Source: Oscillospiraceae bacterium (GTDB lineage Bacteria; Bacillota; Clostridia; Oscillospirales; UBA644). From it: DNA of 64,000 nucleotides. Location of the stretch: contig SVMT01000006.1 in the NCBI GenBank assembly GCA_015067305.1, forward strand, positions 18,751 to 82,750, read 5' to 3'. Numbering within the stretch: position 1 is the stretch's first letter; each line of letters opens with the position of its first letter. The notes under the pieces are model-generated. The model did no database searches. It was not told the origin of the DNA and worked only from the letters and a program-made list of their open reading frames with translations. Positions 10,098 through 19,690 of this stretch are shown piece after piece. A program made the translations under genes and the position numbers.

Positions 10098-11402
10098 TTG
10101 AAAAAGTACGTTATCAGAGGCGGCAATCCCCTTGAGGGTGAAGTTCGCATAAGCGGCGGCAAAAATGCTGCTGTTGCAATTATTCCTGCGGCTTTGCTTG
10201 TTAATGGGGTATGTATAATTGAAAATGTTCCCGTGGTAAACGATGTTATTCTTCTCACAAAGATAATGTCCAACATGGGGGCAAAGGTCAGCTTCTTGGA
10301 TAAAACCACTCTCAGAATAGATTCCACAGAGATCCACACTTGTGCTGCGATCTCCGAACTTGTGCGCAAAATGAGAGCTTCTTACTATCTCATCGGCGCT
10401 CTTCTCGGCAGATTCGGAAACGCACAGGTAGGTCTTCCGGGCGGATGTGACTTCGGTGTTCGCCCCATAGACTATCATATCCGAGGTTTTGAGGCTCTCG
10501 GTGCAACCGTTACCATTGAACACGGTATCGTAAATGCTGTGGCTGAAAACGGTGTGAAAGGCACTTCCTTGAGCCTTGATTTTCCCTCAGTTGGCGCTAC
10601 CATCAATATCATGATGGCGGCTGTTCTTGCTGAAGGTACCACAGTCATTGAAAATGCAGGAAAAGAGCCACATATCGTTGATATCGCAAACTTCCTCAAC
10701 GCAATGGGTGCGGAAATTCGCGGTGCAGGTACAGATACAATTAAAATAAAAGGTGTAAAAGAACTCCACGGTGGCAGATACGAGATCATTCCCGATCAGA
10801 TCGAAGCGGGAACTTATATGGTAATGGCTGCAGCTACAGGCGGCAGAGTAAAGGTCTCCAATGTTATTCCAAAGCATCTTGAATCTATTTCCGCTAAATT
10901 GGAAGAGATCGGTGTTACTGTTGAAGAGGATGATGATTTTATCACTGTTTCAAGAGAACCGAGTCAGATCATGAATAAAGTTAATATAAAAACTCTTCCT
11001 TATCCCGGTTTCCCTACAGATATGCAGCCTCAGATGTCAACACTTTTGTGCCTTGCCAACGGAACTTCCATTGTTACGGAAGGTATTTATGAGCATCGTT
11101 TCAAGTATGTGGACGAACTCCGCAGAATGGGCGCGAAAATGGATGTTGACGGCAGAGTTTGTGTTATTACGGGTATTGAAAAATTTACAGGTGCTGCTGT
11201 TACGGCTTGTGATCTGCGTGCAGGTGTATCCCTTGTCATCGCAGGACTTTGCGCAGAAGGCATGACTGAAATATCAAATGTACAGCTCATTGAGAGAGGC
11301 TATGAAGATATAGTCGAAAAACTTCGCGGTCTCGGAGCTTCTATCGGAATTTCCGATGACGAACCTCAGATCTCTGAAAAAACAGGAGAAAACGCAGGCT
11401 GA
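10098..11402 (+). CDS. murA: UDP-N-acetylglucosamine 1-carboxyvinyltransferase
   Basis: The full-length 434 aa resembles MurA throughout (IRGGNPLEGEVRISGGKNAA, GCDFGVRPID, YPGFPTDMQ). TTG start. Confidence 0.93.
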   Translation: MKKYVIRGGNPLEGEVRISGGKNAAVAIIPAALLVNGVCIIENVPVVNDVILLTKIMSNMGAKVSFLDKTTLRIDSTEIHTCAAISELVRKMRASYYLIGALLGRFGNAQVGLPGGCDFGVRPIDYHIRGFEALGATVTIEHGIVNAVAENGVKGTSLSLDFPSVGATINIMMAAVLAEGTTVIENAGKEPHIVDIANFLNAMGAEIRGAGTDTIKIKGVKELHGGRYEIIPDQIEAGTYMVMAAATGGRVKVSNVIPKHLESISAKLEEIGVTVEEDDDFITVSREPSQIMNKVNIKTLPYPGFPTDMQPQMSTLLCLANGTSIVTEGIYEHRFKYVDELRRMGAKMDVDGRVCVITGIEKFTGAAVTACDLRAGVSLVIAGLCAEGMTEISNVQLIERGYEDIVEKLRGLGASIGISDDEPQISEKTGENAG

Positions 11403-11441
11403 TAGTCTGAAAATTATTGAAACGGAGAACTTTTTTGCAAT

Positions 11442-12239
11442 ATGGTCAGAGTTTGTACGCTGTATAGCGGAAGCAGTGCCAACTGTACTTATATCGAAAA
11501 TGACGGCAGAGCCATACTTATCGACGCCGGTGCAGGCGTGAAAAAAACAGGTCAGGCTCTTCGTGACATCGGTAGTGATTATGATAAGATCGAAGCTATC
11601 TTTGTAACTCATGAGCATTCCGATCATATTGCTGGTCTCAAAACTATACTTAAACATCATGAGCGTATCCCTGTTATTGCCAACGAAAAGACTCTTACGG
11701 CAATAAAGGCTGCGTATCCCGAAATAAACTGCAAGAATTTCCATGTCATGGCGACAGGTTCCAAGGCGAACAACGGTGTAATTCAGGTCACTTCTTTTTC
11801 TACTCTACACGATAGCGCTGAATGTGTCGGATACATAGTTAATACGGGTAATAAAAAAATAGGAGTTATGACCGACGTTGGCGAGGAACAACCTTCAACT
11901 GCAGAGATCATAGGCAGTTGTGATACTCTTGTCATTGAATCTAACCACGATGTTGACAAACTGTGGAACGGGGCGTACCCATATATGCTGAAAAAACGTA
12001 TCGGCGGCAAGTACGGTCATTTTTCCAACGAGCAGTGCGGAGATCTTCTTGAAAGGACCGTAAAAGGTACGGTGAAAAATATCATCCTTGCCCATTTGAG
12101 CAAAGAAAACAATACGCCTGAACTTGCATTTGAAACGGTTTCAAAGCATCTTTCCAATTTGGGAGCTGTTATCGGCGGAGATATTGATCTTTCAGTTGCT
12201 CCCCGAAGCGAAGTTTCAAAAATAATAATTCATGAGTAA
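11442..12239 (+). CDS. MBL-fold metallo-hydrolase (YycJ-like)
   Basis: THEHSDH metal-binding motif with a CTLYSGSSANC N-terminus; 265 aa. Confidence 0.8.
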   Translation: MVRVCTLYSGSSANCTYIENDGRAILIDAGAGVKKTGQALRDIGSDYDKIEAIFVTHEHSDHIAGLKTILKHHERIPVIANEKTLTAIKAAYPEINCKNFHVMATGSKANNGVIQVTSFSTLHDSAECVGYIVNTGNKKIGVMTDVGEEQPSTAEIIGSCDTLVIESNHDVDKLWNGAYPYMLKKRIGGKYGHFSNEQCGDLLERTVKGTVKNIILAHLSKENNTPELAFETVSKHLSNLGAVIGGDIDLSVAPRSEVSKIIIHE

Positions 12240-12256
12240 TTATAATATAAGATTTT

Positions 12257-12294
12257 GTGGGAAAAACCTCTTTTCTGAAAAAGGTCTTTCCCAC
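12257..12294. repeat. Solo hairpin related to the module hairpins (probable bidirectional terminator)
   Basis: GTGGGAAAAACCTCTTTTC-tg-AAAAAGGTCTTTCCCAC between convergent genes, flanked by T- and A-rich runs. Confidence 0.5.
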
Positions 12295-12302
12295 ATGTTT
12301 TA

Positions 12303-12518
12303 TTATTCTTCATCGAGGATCTTCATGAATGATCTTCTGCGTCTTGCGTCATGTTTGTCCATGAGCGAGGTCTTTTCTCTTATGATTGCGTTTGCCTCGT
12401 CCAGGATCGCTCTTCTGTTGACTTTTTTAGAATCTTTTTTTAGTATGAATATAGCCTCATCTATGAATTTTCCTCCGCATTTTACCACTACTGTTTCTCT
12501 GCAAATACCTTTGATCAT
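12303..12518 (-). CDS. Small conserved-looking hypothetical protein (71 aa)
   Basis: The ATG at 12518 is preceded by GAAGGGG at an 8-nt spacing. No recognisable domain. The longer TTG-initiated form (to 12548) is less likely. Confidence 0.4.
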   Translation of the reverse strand: MIKGICRETVVVKCGGKFIDEAIFILKKDSKKVNRRAILDEANAIIREKTSLMDKHDARRRRSFMKILDEE

Positions 12519-12574
12519 TTTTATTGCCCCTTCGGTTTTTGATTTCAAAGGTATTTTACACCGTTTGCAGAAAA

Positions 12575-12841
12575 TTATTCACCTATGAGCATAAATACCG
12601 ATATAGCCGTTCCAATAATAAGTAAAGCCCAGACTGCAAATTTCCGTGATACTCCCCACCAATATGAGGGGGTAAGGGACTCATAGTTTTCGTATTTGAA
12701 AAAATCCTCCATTTTGTAGTTTTTCCATTCGATTTTAGCTTCTTCCTCTTTGGATAGCGGTTTCGGCAGTTTTTCGCCGCAGTCCGCACAAAAAACTTTA
12801 TTGTCTCGGTGTACTGCACCGCATTTTTGGCATATTTTCAT
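12575..12841 (-). CDS. Zinc-ribbon membrane protein (88 aa)
   Basis: MKICQKCG...CADCG zinc ribbon plus a C-terminal TM helix, with an AAAGGAAC SD. The upstream 92 codons of ORF 12575..13117 overlap secG and are rejected. Confidence 0.5.
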   Translation of the reverse strand: MKICQKCGAVHRDNKVFCADCGEKLPKPLSKEEEAKIEWKNYKMEDFFKYENYESLTPSYWWGVSRKFAVWALLIIGTAISVFMLIGE

Positions 12842-12915
12842 TTTGTGTTCCTTTGGGATAAAGAAAAACAGAGTAAAGAATTTCTTCTCTACTCTGATAT
12901 CTTTTGATCTTGTAG

Positions 12916-13158
12916 TTAGATAGTTTCGATGATACCAACGATTACGATCGCAACGATGAAAACGATGGAAACGATAACTGTAAGTCTCTTCAGGAGAAGA
13001 TCTTTTGTCTGAGCTTTGTTCTTGCTGAGGAAGTTTCCTGCGCCGCCTGTGATAGCGCTGGCACCTGCTGTTCTTCCGGACTGGAAAAGAATGATCGCAA
13101 TGAGTGCAACAGAGCAAACCATGAGGATCAGAGTAAGTACAAGTACGATGGGATTCAT
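12916..13158 (-). CDS. secG: Preprotein translocase subunit SecG
   Basis: 80 aa with two TM helices flanking the Gly-rich loop SGRTAGASAITGGAGNF. GGAGGC as SD. Confidence 0.85.
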   Translation of the reverse strand: MNPIVLVLTLILMVCSVALIAIILFQSGRTAGASAITGGAGNFLSKNKAQTKDLLLKRLTVIVSIVFIVAIVIVGIIETI

Positions 13159-13420
13159 TGTTTTTTAGCCTCCATTATATTTTAATTCTGTTGTGTTTGT
13201 GGACACAAACCTTATGTCCCTCACTACGGCCCTTCTGTCGAAGCGCGTCAAAAGACATAATAAACTTAGTATAAAAGATTATACCACATTCCGATGAAAA
13301 AATCAACTGTTTTTTGCAAGAAAACAGAATTTATTTGTAAAATCTTTTTTAACTAATGCGGAATTTTTGTTTTAGTACCTGAAAATGGCAGAGATTCAAT
13401 GAATCTTTACGTTTGCGACC

Positions 13421-13449
13421 TTGACTTTTTGCTTGAAAAAAGGTATACT
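13421..13449 (+). promoter_or_regulatory. AraC-family gene promoter
   Basis: TTGACT, 17 nt, then TATACT. Confidence 0.5.
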
Positions 13450-13484
13450 GTATAGTAGATGAAAATATAAAGGAGATGTGCCGA

Positions 13485-14297
13485 ATGGATTATCCTGAGA
13501 ATATATGTAATTTCCCACCAACAAAGGCTCCGTTGAGAGAACTTGATATTTTGAATTTTGTTTATGAACGTCGCTGTGCTTTTCCCGATAAATACATTAT
13601 CGAGGCGGCATACGCTTTGCGTCTCGTTACTTCAGGTGAAGGTCATCTCAGTACGCCCAATGGCAGATATCCGCTGAAAAAAGGAGACTTGTTTTTTACA
13701 TTTCAGGCGAAACCATTTAAGATCAGAAGCGATTCGGGACTAGAGTACATTTACATCTCTTTTGTCGGACGGCGTGCCGATGATCTTTTGCGCAGAATCG
13801 GTGTCAACGAAGCCACTCCCGTTATTGGAGGAAAAGAGAACCTGATCCCGTTATGGGAAAATTCTGTTTGTTCCGTTACCGAAAGTAATATCGACCTTAT
13901 GGCAGAGGGACTTCTTCTTTTTACACTTTCTGATCTTTGCGATGTTCCCATGAATGCCAAAGGTAAGACAAAACGACCTGCGGAGGTAATCAAAGAATAC
14001 GTTGACGCACATTATTCCGAGTCTGACCTGACCCTTGACAGCGTCAGCAAACAGCATTCCTACGGCAAAAAATATATCTCCGAGGCGTTCAAGCGTCATA
14101 CGGGAATGTGCTTCAGTATGTATCTTTCCAAATTGAGGCTGAACCATGCAGTCCGTATGATGAACGCAGGCTTTACCAGCATAAAAGAGATCTCATCTTT
14201 TTCGGGTTTTTCCGATCCGCTGTACTTCTCCAAGGTATTCAAGAAATATTACGGTATGCCGCCGGGTGAGTACATGGAAAAAGAAGTAAAAAAATAA
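13485..14297 (+). CDS. AraC-family transcriptional regulator
   Basis: C-terminal double HTH (ISEAFKRHTGMCFSMYL...FSDPLYFSKVFKKYYGMPPGEY). The ATG at 13485 is 9 nt after AGGAG. Confidence 0.8.
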   Translation: MDYPENICNFPPTKAPLRELDILNFVYERRCAFPDKYIIEAAYALRLVTSGEGHLSTPNGRYPLKKGDLFFTFQAKPFKIRSDSGLEYIYISFVGRRADDLLRRIGVNEATPVIGGKENLIPLWENSVCSVTESNIDLMAEGLLLFTLSDLCDVPMNAKGKTKRPAEVIKEYVDAHYSESDLTLDSVSKQHSYGKKYISEAFKRHTGMCFSMYLSKLRLNHAVRMMNAGFTSIKEISSFSGFSDPLYFSKVFKKYYGMPPGEYMEKEVKK

Positions 14298-14309
14298 GAA
14301 AGGCTTATT

Positions 14310-15038
14310 ATGGCAGATTATATTATTGAGGGTTCGGTGTCCGTCAAAGCGGTTTTGAACGGCGGAAAACGTGAAATATCGGAAATACTTTTTGACCGCG
14401 ACAGGAAGGACAGGGACCTTTCCTATATTTTAAAAAAAGCAAAGGAAAAAGGCGTGAAATATACCCCTTGCAAGCGCAGCGATATAGACGCTGTTGCTTC
14501 GGGGAAGACCCACGGCGGGCTTATTGCTTATGTGGGAGACCGTCGTTATGAAACGGAAGAAGATCTTTTCGGTGCTGAAAAACCGTTTATAGTTTTGCTT
14601 GAGGGAATTGAAGATCCCTACAATTTCGGCGATTCGCTTCGCTCCGTCATGGCGGCAGGCGCTACGGGGGTTATCGTTCCATCACGAAACTGGCTCACAG
14701 CGGCTTCCGTTGTCATCAAAGCTTCTGCAGGTGCTTCCGAATACTTGCCCACATTGGTTTCCGAAGACCTTGGTAAAACGGTTCTTGCGGCACGTGAACG
14801 CGGAATAAAAGTCTATTGTGCAGAACGTCGTGATGCGGTGTCTCTTTATGAAAAGGATCTTACCGAGCCTGTTATCCTTGCCATCGGTGGAGAGATGCGC
14901 GGACTTTCCCGTGCTGTTCTGGATAACGCCGACGGAAATGTTTTTATTCCTTACGGTTCAGATTTTCGCTGTGCATTGTCCGCTTCTGCGGCTTCTGCTG
15001 TTATCGGTTTTGAAGTCATGAGACAAAGAATGAAATAA
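14310..15038 (+). CDS. TrmH/SpoU-family RNA 2'-O-methyltransferase (RlmB-like)
   Basis: LEGIEDPYNFGDSLRS and ILAIGGEMRGLS motifs of the SPOUT class. Confidence 0.8.
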   Translation: MADYIIEGSVSVKAVLNGGKREISEILFDRDRKDRDLSYILKKAKEKGVKYTPCKRSDIDAVASGKTHGGLIAYVGDRRYETEEDLFGAEKPFIVLLEGIEDPYNFGDSLRSVMAAGATGVIVPSRNWLTAASVVIKASAGASEYLPTLVSEDLGKTVLAARERGIKVYCAERRDAVSLYEKDLTEPVILAIGGEMRGLSRAVLDNADGNVFIPYGSDFRCALSASAASAVIGFEVMRQRMK

Positions 15039-15051
15039 TATTAGATTTTTT

Positions 15052-15264
15052 GCGGGAGAAGAAACCTTATTCCTAAAAGGTTCTTCTCCCGCACCCCTAT
15101 TTCCAAAACTCGTTGGGGCTAATTGATTGCAGGCATTATTTGCGTTAGCTTTATTTTTTATACTTAGTAAAATGTGCGAATGCACGGCAAAAGTTTATTG
15201 GAAAGGGTTCGGGGGAAACCTGTTTCACACGTGCAAGCAAGTGCACAAAAATGGTTTCCCCGCG
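15052..15264 (+). repeat. Structured intergenic module, copy A
   Basis: HP1 at 15052-15092. 5' arm ACCCCTATTTCCAAAA at 15093-15108. GCGTTAGCT at 15142-15150. Hairpin GTGCgaatGCAC at 15174-15185. 3' arm AAAGTTTATTGGAAAGGGTT at 15190-15209. HP2 GGGGAAACC...GGTTTCCCC at 15210-15264, then TTTTTA. Confidence 0.7.
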
Positions 15265-15285
15265 TTTTTAAATTTTACTTTTAAA

Positions 15286-15516
15286 TTAGTCCCTTGTTCT
15301 CATCATTCTTTCGTCTTCGGGAACGAAGCTTCTGAAGATGAGGGATGCGGTCCAGATACCGGAGAGCCCGACCAATGTATAAATGATCCTGCTCATGACG
15401 GATGTGTCGCCGTCGAAAAGCCAGCCCACGATATTGAACCCGAAGATTCCGATACAGCCCCATACGATAGCACCGATGACGGAGAGTGTGAGGGCAATTT
15501 TATCAATTACGTTCAT
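15286..15516 (-). CDS. DUF378-family small membrane protein
   Basis: 76 aa. IALTLSVIGAIVWGCIGIFGFNIV...IIYTLVGLSGIW is the typical DUF378 pattern. Confidence 0.8.
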   Translation of the reverse strand: MNVIDKIALTLSVIGAIVWGCIGIFGFNIVGWLFDGDTSVMSRIIYTLVGLSGIWTASLIFRSFVPEDERMMRTRD

Positions 15517-15627
15517 GGTTAAAATACCTTTCTTGTTTCAATTTTTGAATTGAAAAACTCGCAAATAGTTTTGTTTGCGCAATAGTATGTTTCCCATGTT
15601 TGGGCGTAATATTCGGATTTTAGTTTT

Positions 15628-17982
15628 TTAAGGTTCTGAAAGAATCTTTTTTAGTTGAGGCATTGACCTCGCAACGGAAAAATTCTTCCATTCGGGCGGA
15701 AAAAGACTTTTGTATTCCTCTGTGGAATAGCGTGTGTCCGCAAGTATCACGAAACCTTTGTCTGTTTCACTGCGTATGACGCGCCCTGCCGCCTGCATGA
15801 CTCTGTTGAACCCCGGGAAAAGATATGCGTAGTCGTAACCGCTGTTTTCACGCTTGTCGTAAAATTCTTTTATTACGTTTCGTTCAAAACATATCTGCGG
15901 CAGTCCGACTCCTATTATTACTGCTCCCGAAAGTCTTGTTCCTACAAGATCAACGCCCTCGGAAAAGATTCCGCCACTGACTGCGAAAGCCACCAGAGTT
16001 TCCGTTGGGTCTTCGTCGAATTCTTCCAGATAATCGTCTCTTTGTTCTTCCGTCAGGGAAGTCCTTTGCAGGAGAGTTTTGATTTCGGGATATCTTTCCG
16101 TGAAAATGGAATAGACCTCGTTCATATAGGCAAATGAGGGGAAAAATGCAAAATAATTCCCTGTTTTCTGAATTGCTGTGTAGATAAGCTCCGCTATTGG
16201 TCCGTAGCTTTCTTCACGGTGGGCATACTTTGTGTTTATGAACGGTGCAGTTATTACTTTCAGATTTTCACGGGGAAAGGGGGAAGTCAGTCTTATTATA
16301 GGTGCTTTGTCGAATTCCTCGTCCTTTTTCCGTTTCATGCCGATGGTGCTTCTGAAATAATCGGGAGGCAGGAGTGTTGCCGAGAAAAATATACTTGCAC
16401 GGCACATATCCAGAACTTCCGATATTCTTGATGACGGGTCAACGCAGAAAAGTTTTACAGTAGTCAGTTTCCCTGTTTTTTCCGCACAACAGCGGTAGTT
16501 TTCATCAAGGGCTTCAAAAACCGAAACGAAATTGAGCGCATCAAAATAAAGTTCTGCCGCATCATTTTTCAGTTTGTCGTTGCCTTCTTCCGAGAGAAAA
16601 ACAGAAAATCCTCTGCAGAAATCAGCCGCTGCATTATATATTTTCGTCGGTTCTTCGGTGATTATTCCCGAATCTTTTTCCACTTCTCGTGTAAAGTTTA
16701 GAACCGCATTGTTCAGCCTTTTTAAAAATCCATATATCTTTTTATTTTTTTGCTTGAAAAGCTTCATGACTTCCAGAATTTTCGTTTTTTCAAGCTCTGC
16801 GGAAAACATTTCACGGGCGCGCTGTGGCATATTGTGGGCTTCGTCACAAAGAAGTATGTAGTCACCGCCGTCGGTGAAAAATCTTTTCAATGATGCAGAC
16901 GGGTCAAATGCGTAATTGTAGTCTCCCACGATGCCGTCGCACCATGTGGCGGTGTCAAGGGCAAGCTCGAAAGGGCAGACCTTGTGCTTATCTGCATATT
17001 TCGCCAGAACTTCCGTGGTGATTATGTATTCATTTGTGAGGACATCAAAAACAGCATCGTTTATGCGGTCAAAATGTCCTTTTGCGTATGGGCAGATGTC
17101 GGGCTTGCACTGTTTTTCGTAGTCACATACCTTTTCTTTTGCGCAGAGAAAAACATTTCTCATTCTCAGACCTTTTTTGTGCATCAGTTTCAGCGCAGAA
17201 TCTGCGGCTCTTGAATTCACAGTTTTTGCCGTGAGGTAAAATATTTTTTCGCCCATTCCTTCCCCTTTGGCTTTGATTGCGGAGAATAAAACGGAGATCG
17301 TTTTTCCTATTCCCGTTGGCGCTTGGGCGAAAAGGGTAGAGGAGTCTCTGATAGCTCTGTAAACCGTGCCTGCCAGTTCTCTCTGTCCCTGTCTGTAGCC
17401 GTCATAAGGAAATTGGAGCGCTTTTGCCGAATCGGTAAACTCTTTATCTGCGTCAATTTGTCTGTATATCCACTTGGAATATCTGTCGCAAACGCTGTAG
17501 AAAAAGTCCTCCAACTCTGTCAAGGTGTGGTCCTTTACGAAATATTTTATCTCTTCCGTGTCAAGATTGAAATATGTGAGTCGTGTGGATATCTCTTTCA
17601 GTCCGTTCTGCTTTGCGTACATATAGGCGTAAAACATCGCTTGTGCCCTGTGAAGACGGCTGAAATCTTCGTCGATGAGTTCAATGGGTATCGAAGTGGA
17701 TTTTATTTCATCTATGGTGACTGTTTCATCTTCGATAATGCCGTCGGCAATACCTTGAACTGTCAGATTGAAATTCGTGTATGGAACGCTTTCCGAAAGG
17801 CGGACCTCAGAACGGTATAACCCTGTTTTTTCTTCTTTTTTCTGTATTTTTCTGTGTATTCGCGTTCCTTCGAGCAAGTCGGGCGGCGACTGCATTCCCA
17901 TGTTGTTTATGTTGCCCCAGCGCAGTATAAATTCAACTATATTTCTGACTGATATTTTGTATTCGGGAACAGCTCCGTTCAT
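15628..17982 (-). CDS. PD-(D/E)XK nuclease domain fused to an XPD/DinG-type Fe-S DNA helicase
   Basis: The N-terminus has GTRIHRKIQ...GIADGII...IDEIKS (a nuclease-like D...ExK). Then come APTGIGKT Walker A, four Cys (CAKEKVCDYEKQCKPDICPYAKGHF), a DEAH box and a C-terminal helicase_C_2-like QAAGRVIRS. Confidence 0.8.
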   Translation of the reverse strand: MNGAVPEYKISVRNIVEFILRWGNINNMGMQSPPDLLEGTRIHRKIQKKEEKTGLYRSEVRLSESVPYTNFNLTVQGIADGIIEDETVTIDEIKSTSIPIELIDEDFSRLHRAQAMFYAYMYAKQNGLKEISTRLTYFNLDTEEIKYFVKDHTLTELEDFFYSVCDRYSKWIYRQIDADKEFTDSAKALQFPYDGYRQGQRELAGTVYRAIRDSSTLFAQAPTGIGKTISVLFSAIKAKGEGMGEKIFYLTAKTVNSRAADSALKLMHKKGLRMRNVFLCAKEKVCDYEKQCKPDICPYAKGHFDRINDAVFDVLTNEYIITTEVLAKYADKHKVCPFELALDTATWCDGIVGDYNYAFDPSASLKRFFTDGGDYILLCDEAHNMPQRAREMFSAELEKTKILEVMKLFKQKNKKIYGFLKRLNNAVLNFTREVEKDSGIITEEPTKIYNAAADFCRGFSVFLSEEGNDKLKNDAAELYFDALNFVSVFEALDENYRCCAEKTGKLTTVKLFCVDPSSRISEVLDMCRASIFFSATLLPPDYFRSTIGMKRKKDEEFDKAPIIRLTSPFPRENLKVITAPFINTKYAHREESYGPIAELIYTAIQKTGNYFAFFPSFAYMNEVYSIFTERYPEIKTLLQRTSLTEEQRDDYLEEFDEDPTETLVAFAVSGGIFSEGVDLVGTRLSGAVIIGVGLPQICFERNVIKEFYDKRENSGYDYAYLFPGFNRVMQAAGRVIRSETDKGFVILADTRYSTEEYKSLFPPEWKNFSVARSMPQLKKILSEP

Positions 17983-18101
17983 GTTCTCACCTCTTTCAAA
18001 ATCACTTTCTTAAATTGTATCATATCGGAGTTAGAATGTCAAGGCTTTTTTGTAAAACTCAAACAAATCACGGAAAAGTATTTTTTTGCACTGCATAACT
18101 A

Positions 18102-18130
18102 TTGACAAAATAACGGTTTTCTGCTATAAT
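18102..18130 (+). promoter_or_regulatory. Promoter of SBP-like lipoprotein paralog 1
   Basis: TTGACA, 17 nt, then TGcTATAAT. It is followed by the inverted repeat TTTACA-tg-TGTAAA (18130-18143). Confidence 0.65.
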
Positions 18131-18195
18131 TTACATGTGTAAATGTTGGTTTTATACTGGCAAGTTTTAACTTAAATAAAATGGAGGATTTTTAA

Positions 18196-19641
18196 ATGAA
18201 ACGCATTATTGCAACTATTTTATTGGCAGTGATGGTTCTTGTTACTTCATGTGGCGCAGAACCCCCTGTACTTATGGACTTCCTCGGTCCCCAGACTGAC
18301 GGAAATGACTTCGGTGGTGTTACCATCAGGATTAACTCTGACGATAACTCAGAGGCAGAAGATGACAGCGGTTCCAAAAAAGGTTTTATCGGTACGGTTT
18401 TGAGATATGACCTTGAAACAACACTCGGTGATGCTATCATGCAGAGAACGGAAGCTGTTAAAAAAGCTTTGAATGTCAATATTGAATATGAATGGGAAGT
18501 GGACAGAGAAACAGCGAGAATGAAGCTTATGTCAGGTTCCTGGGATGCTGATATCACAAGCTATACAGGTTTCGGCGGTATGCAGGACTTTGCAGCTGCG
18601 GGAATGCTTCATCCCATTGCTGATTTTGATATTATCGACCTCAATGAAACATGGAAATACGGCGGCCCCAACGTACTTGAAGGCGGTATGGTGAACTCTG
18701 TTCCTTACTCTGTTCAGCCTGTTTCCTGGCCCGGTTGGGAACCCATGGAATGTTACGCCCTTTTCTATAACAGAGATATCGGTTCTATGAACGGTATTAC
18801 AGATCCTCAGGAATTCTATGAAAATCAGACTTGGGTATGGGATACATTTGAATCCGAATATCTTGCAAAGGTAAATCTTACCAGCGGTTCTGAAAAAATT
18901 CCCTGTCTTGCTACAGGTATTGACCCTCTTTACTACTGTCTTGCATATTCCAACAATGTTCAGTATGTAGAAATGGGTGCTGACGGTGCTTTTAAGATAA
19001 ATGCCGCACCCAATGAACTTATTGAAGCCCTTTCAGAAGGCAGAGAATGGGTTACCATGTATGGCGACAACATTGATCTTTCCGAAGGTTATTGGAGCCA
19101 TGACAACTACGACGACGGTTACGGTTACATGACGCTTGCTTCTCCCGGTACCATCGTTACAGGTTCTCTTGCGTACGAAGTTGACTTCTTCTCCGGCATT
19201 ATGCCCTTCCCCTGCGGTCCTTCCGTTGAATACGGCAGATGGGGTCAGGCTATTCAGAGAATTGAAGGTTTCGGTATTCCCATTTCTTCCAAGGAACCCG
19301 AAGTTGCGGCTCATGTTATTTCCGAACTCTTTGAACCCTTTGATGAATACATCGGAACTCTCGAAGAATACTACAGCTCCATGGCTTTTGAAGAAGGTAC
19401 ATACGACACAGAGATCTACACATCTCTTGATGACTACTCCAAATATGACTACACATTTGCAGGCGGTTCCGACCTTATGAGAGGTGTTAACAACAACCTC
19501 GCAAGTGTTCTCCGTTCCTCCAAGGGTGTTGCTGAAGCTATTCAGTCATATTCAGGGCAGATCACCGTAATTGCTGAAAAATATATTCTCCCCAACTACG
19601 ACTATATGTACAACAATTATTATGCAAATCTTGAAAACTAA
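18196..19641 (+). CDS. Lipoprotein, extracellular solute-binding-protein-like (paralog 1)
   Basis: Signal peptide with lipobox LVTSC. 481 aa with an SBP-like layout. It has its own consensus promoter and terminator. By eye, roughly half of the positions are identical to the next gene. Confidence 0.65.
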   Translation: MKRIIATILLAVMVLVTSCGAEPPVLMDFLGPQTDGNDFGGVTIRINSDDNSEAEDDSGSKKGFIGTVLRYDLETTLGDAIMQRTEAVKKALNVNIEYEWEVDRETARMKLMSGSWDADITSYTGFGGMQDFAAAGMLHPIADFDIIDLNETWKYGGPNVLEGGMVNSVPYSVQPVSWPGWEPMECYALFYNRDIGSMNGITDPQEFYENQTWVWDTFESEYLAKVNLTSGSEKIPCLATGIDPLYYCLAYSNNVQYVEMGADGAFKINAAPNELIEALSEGREWVTMYGDNIDLSEGYWSHDNYDDGYGYMTLASPGTIVTGSLAYEVDFFSGIMPFPCGPSVEYGRWGQAIQRIEGFGIPISSKEPEVAAHVISELFEPFDEYIGTLEEYYSSMAFEEGTYDTEIYTSLDDYSKYDYTFAGGSDLMRGVNNNLASVLRSSKGVAEAIQSYSGQITVIAEKYILPNYDYMYNNYYANLEN

Positions 19642-19656
19642 AGATAAGTGATAGAA

Positions 19657-19690
19657 GTTCCCCAATCGCAATCCGCTTGGGGAACGATTT
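19657..19690 (+). terminator. Terminator after SBP-like paralog 1
   Basis: GTTCCCCAA-N11-TTGGGGAAC followed by gatttt. Confidence 0.65.

Noticed and set aside
10074-10523. 149-aa ORF antisense to the 5' end of murA
   Set aside because: It is an antisense shadow of a confidently identified essential gene.
12842-13117. Upstream 92 codons of ORF 12575..13117
   Set aside because: They overlap secG in another frame and give an R/H/C-rich non-protein-like sequence. An internal ATG with a good SD gives a coherent zinc-ribbon protein.
15052-15092. HP1-type hairpins interpreted as canonical intrinsic terminators of the upstream + strand genes
   Set aside because: In copies A, B and C the T-run lies 5' of the hairpin on the + strand (and an A-run 3' on the - strand). 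That fits neither direction, and only HP2 has a 3' U-rich tail.
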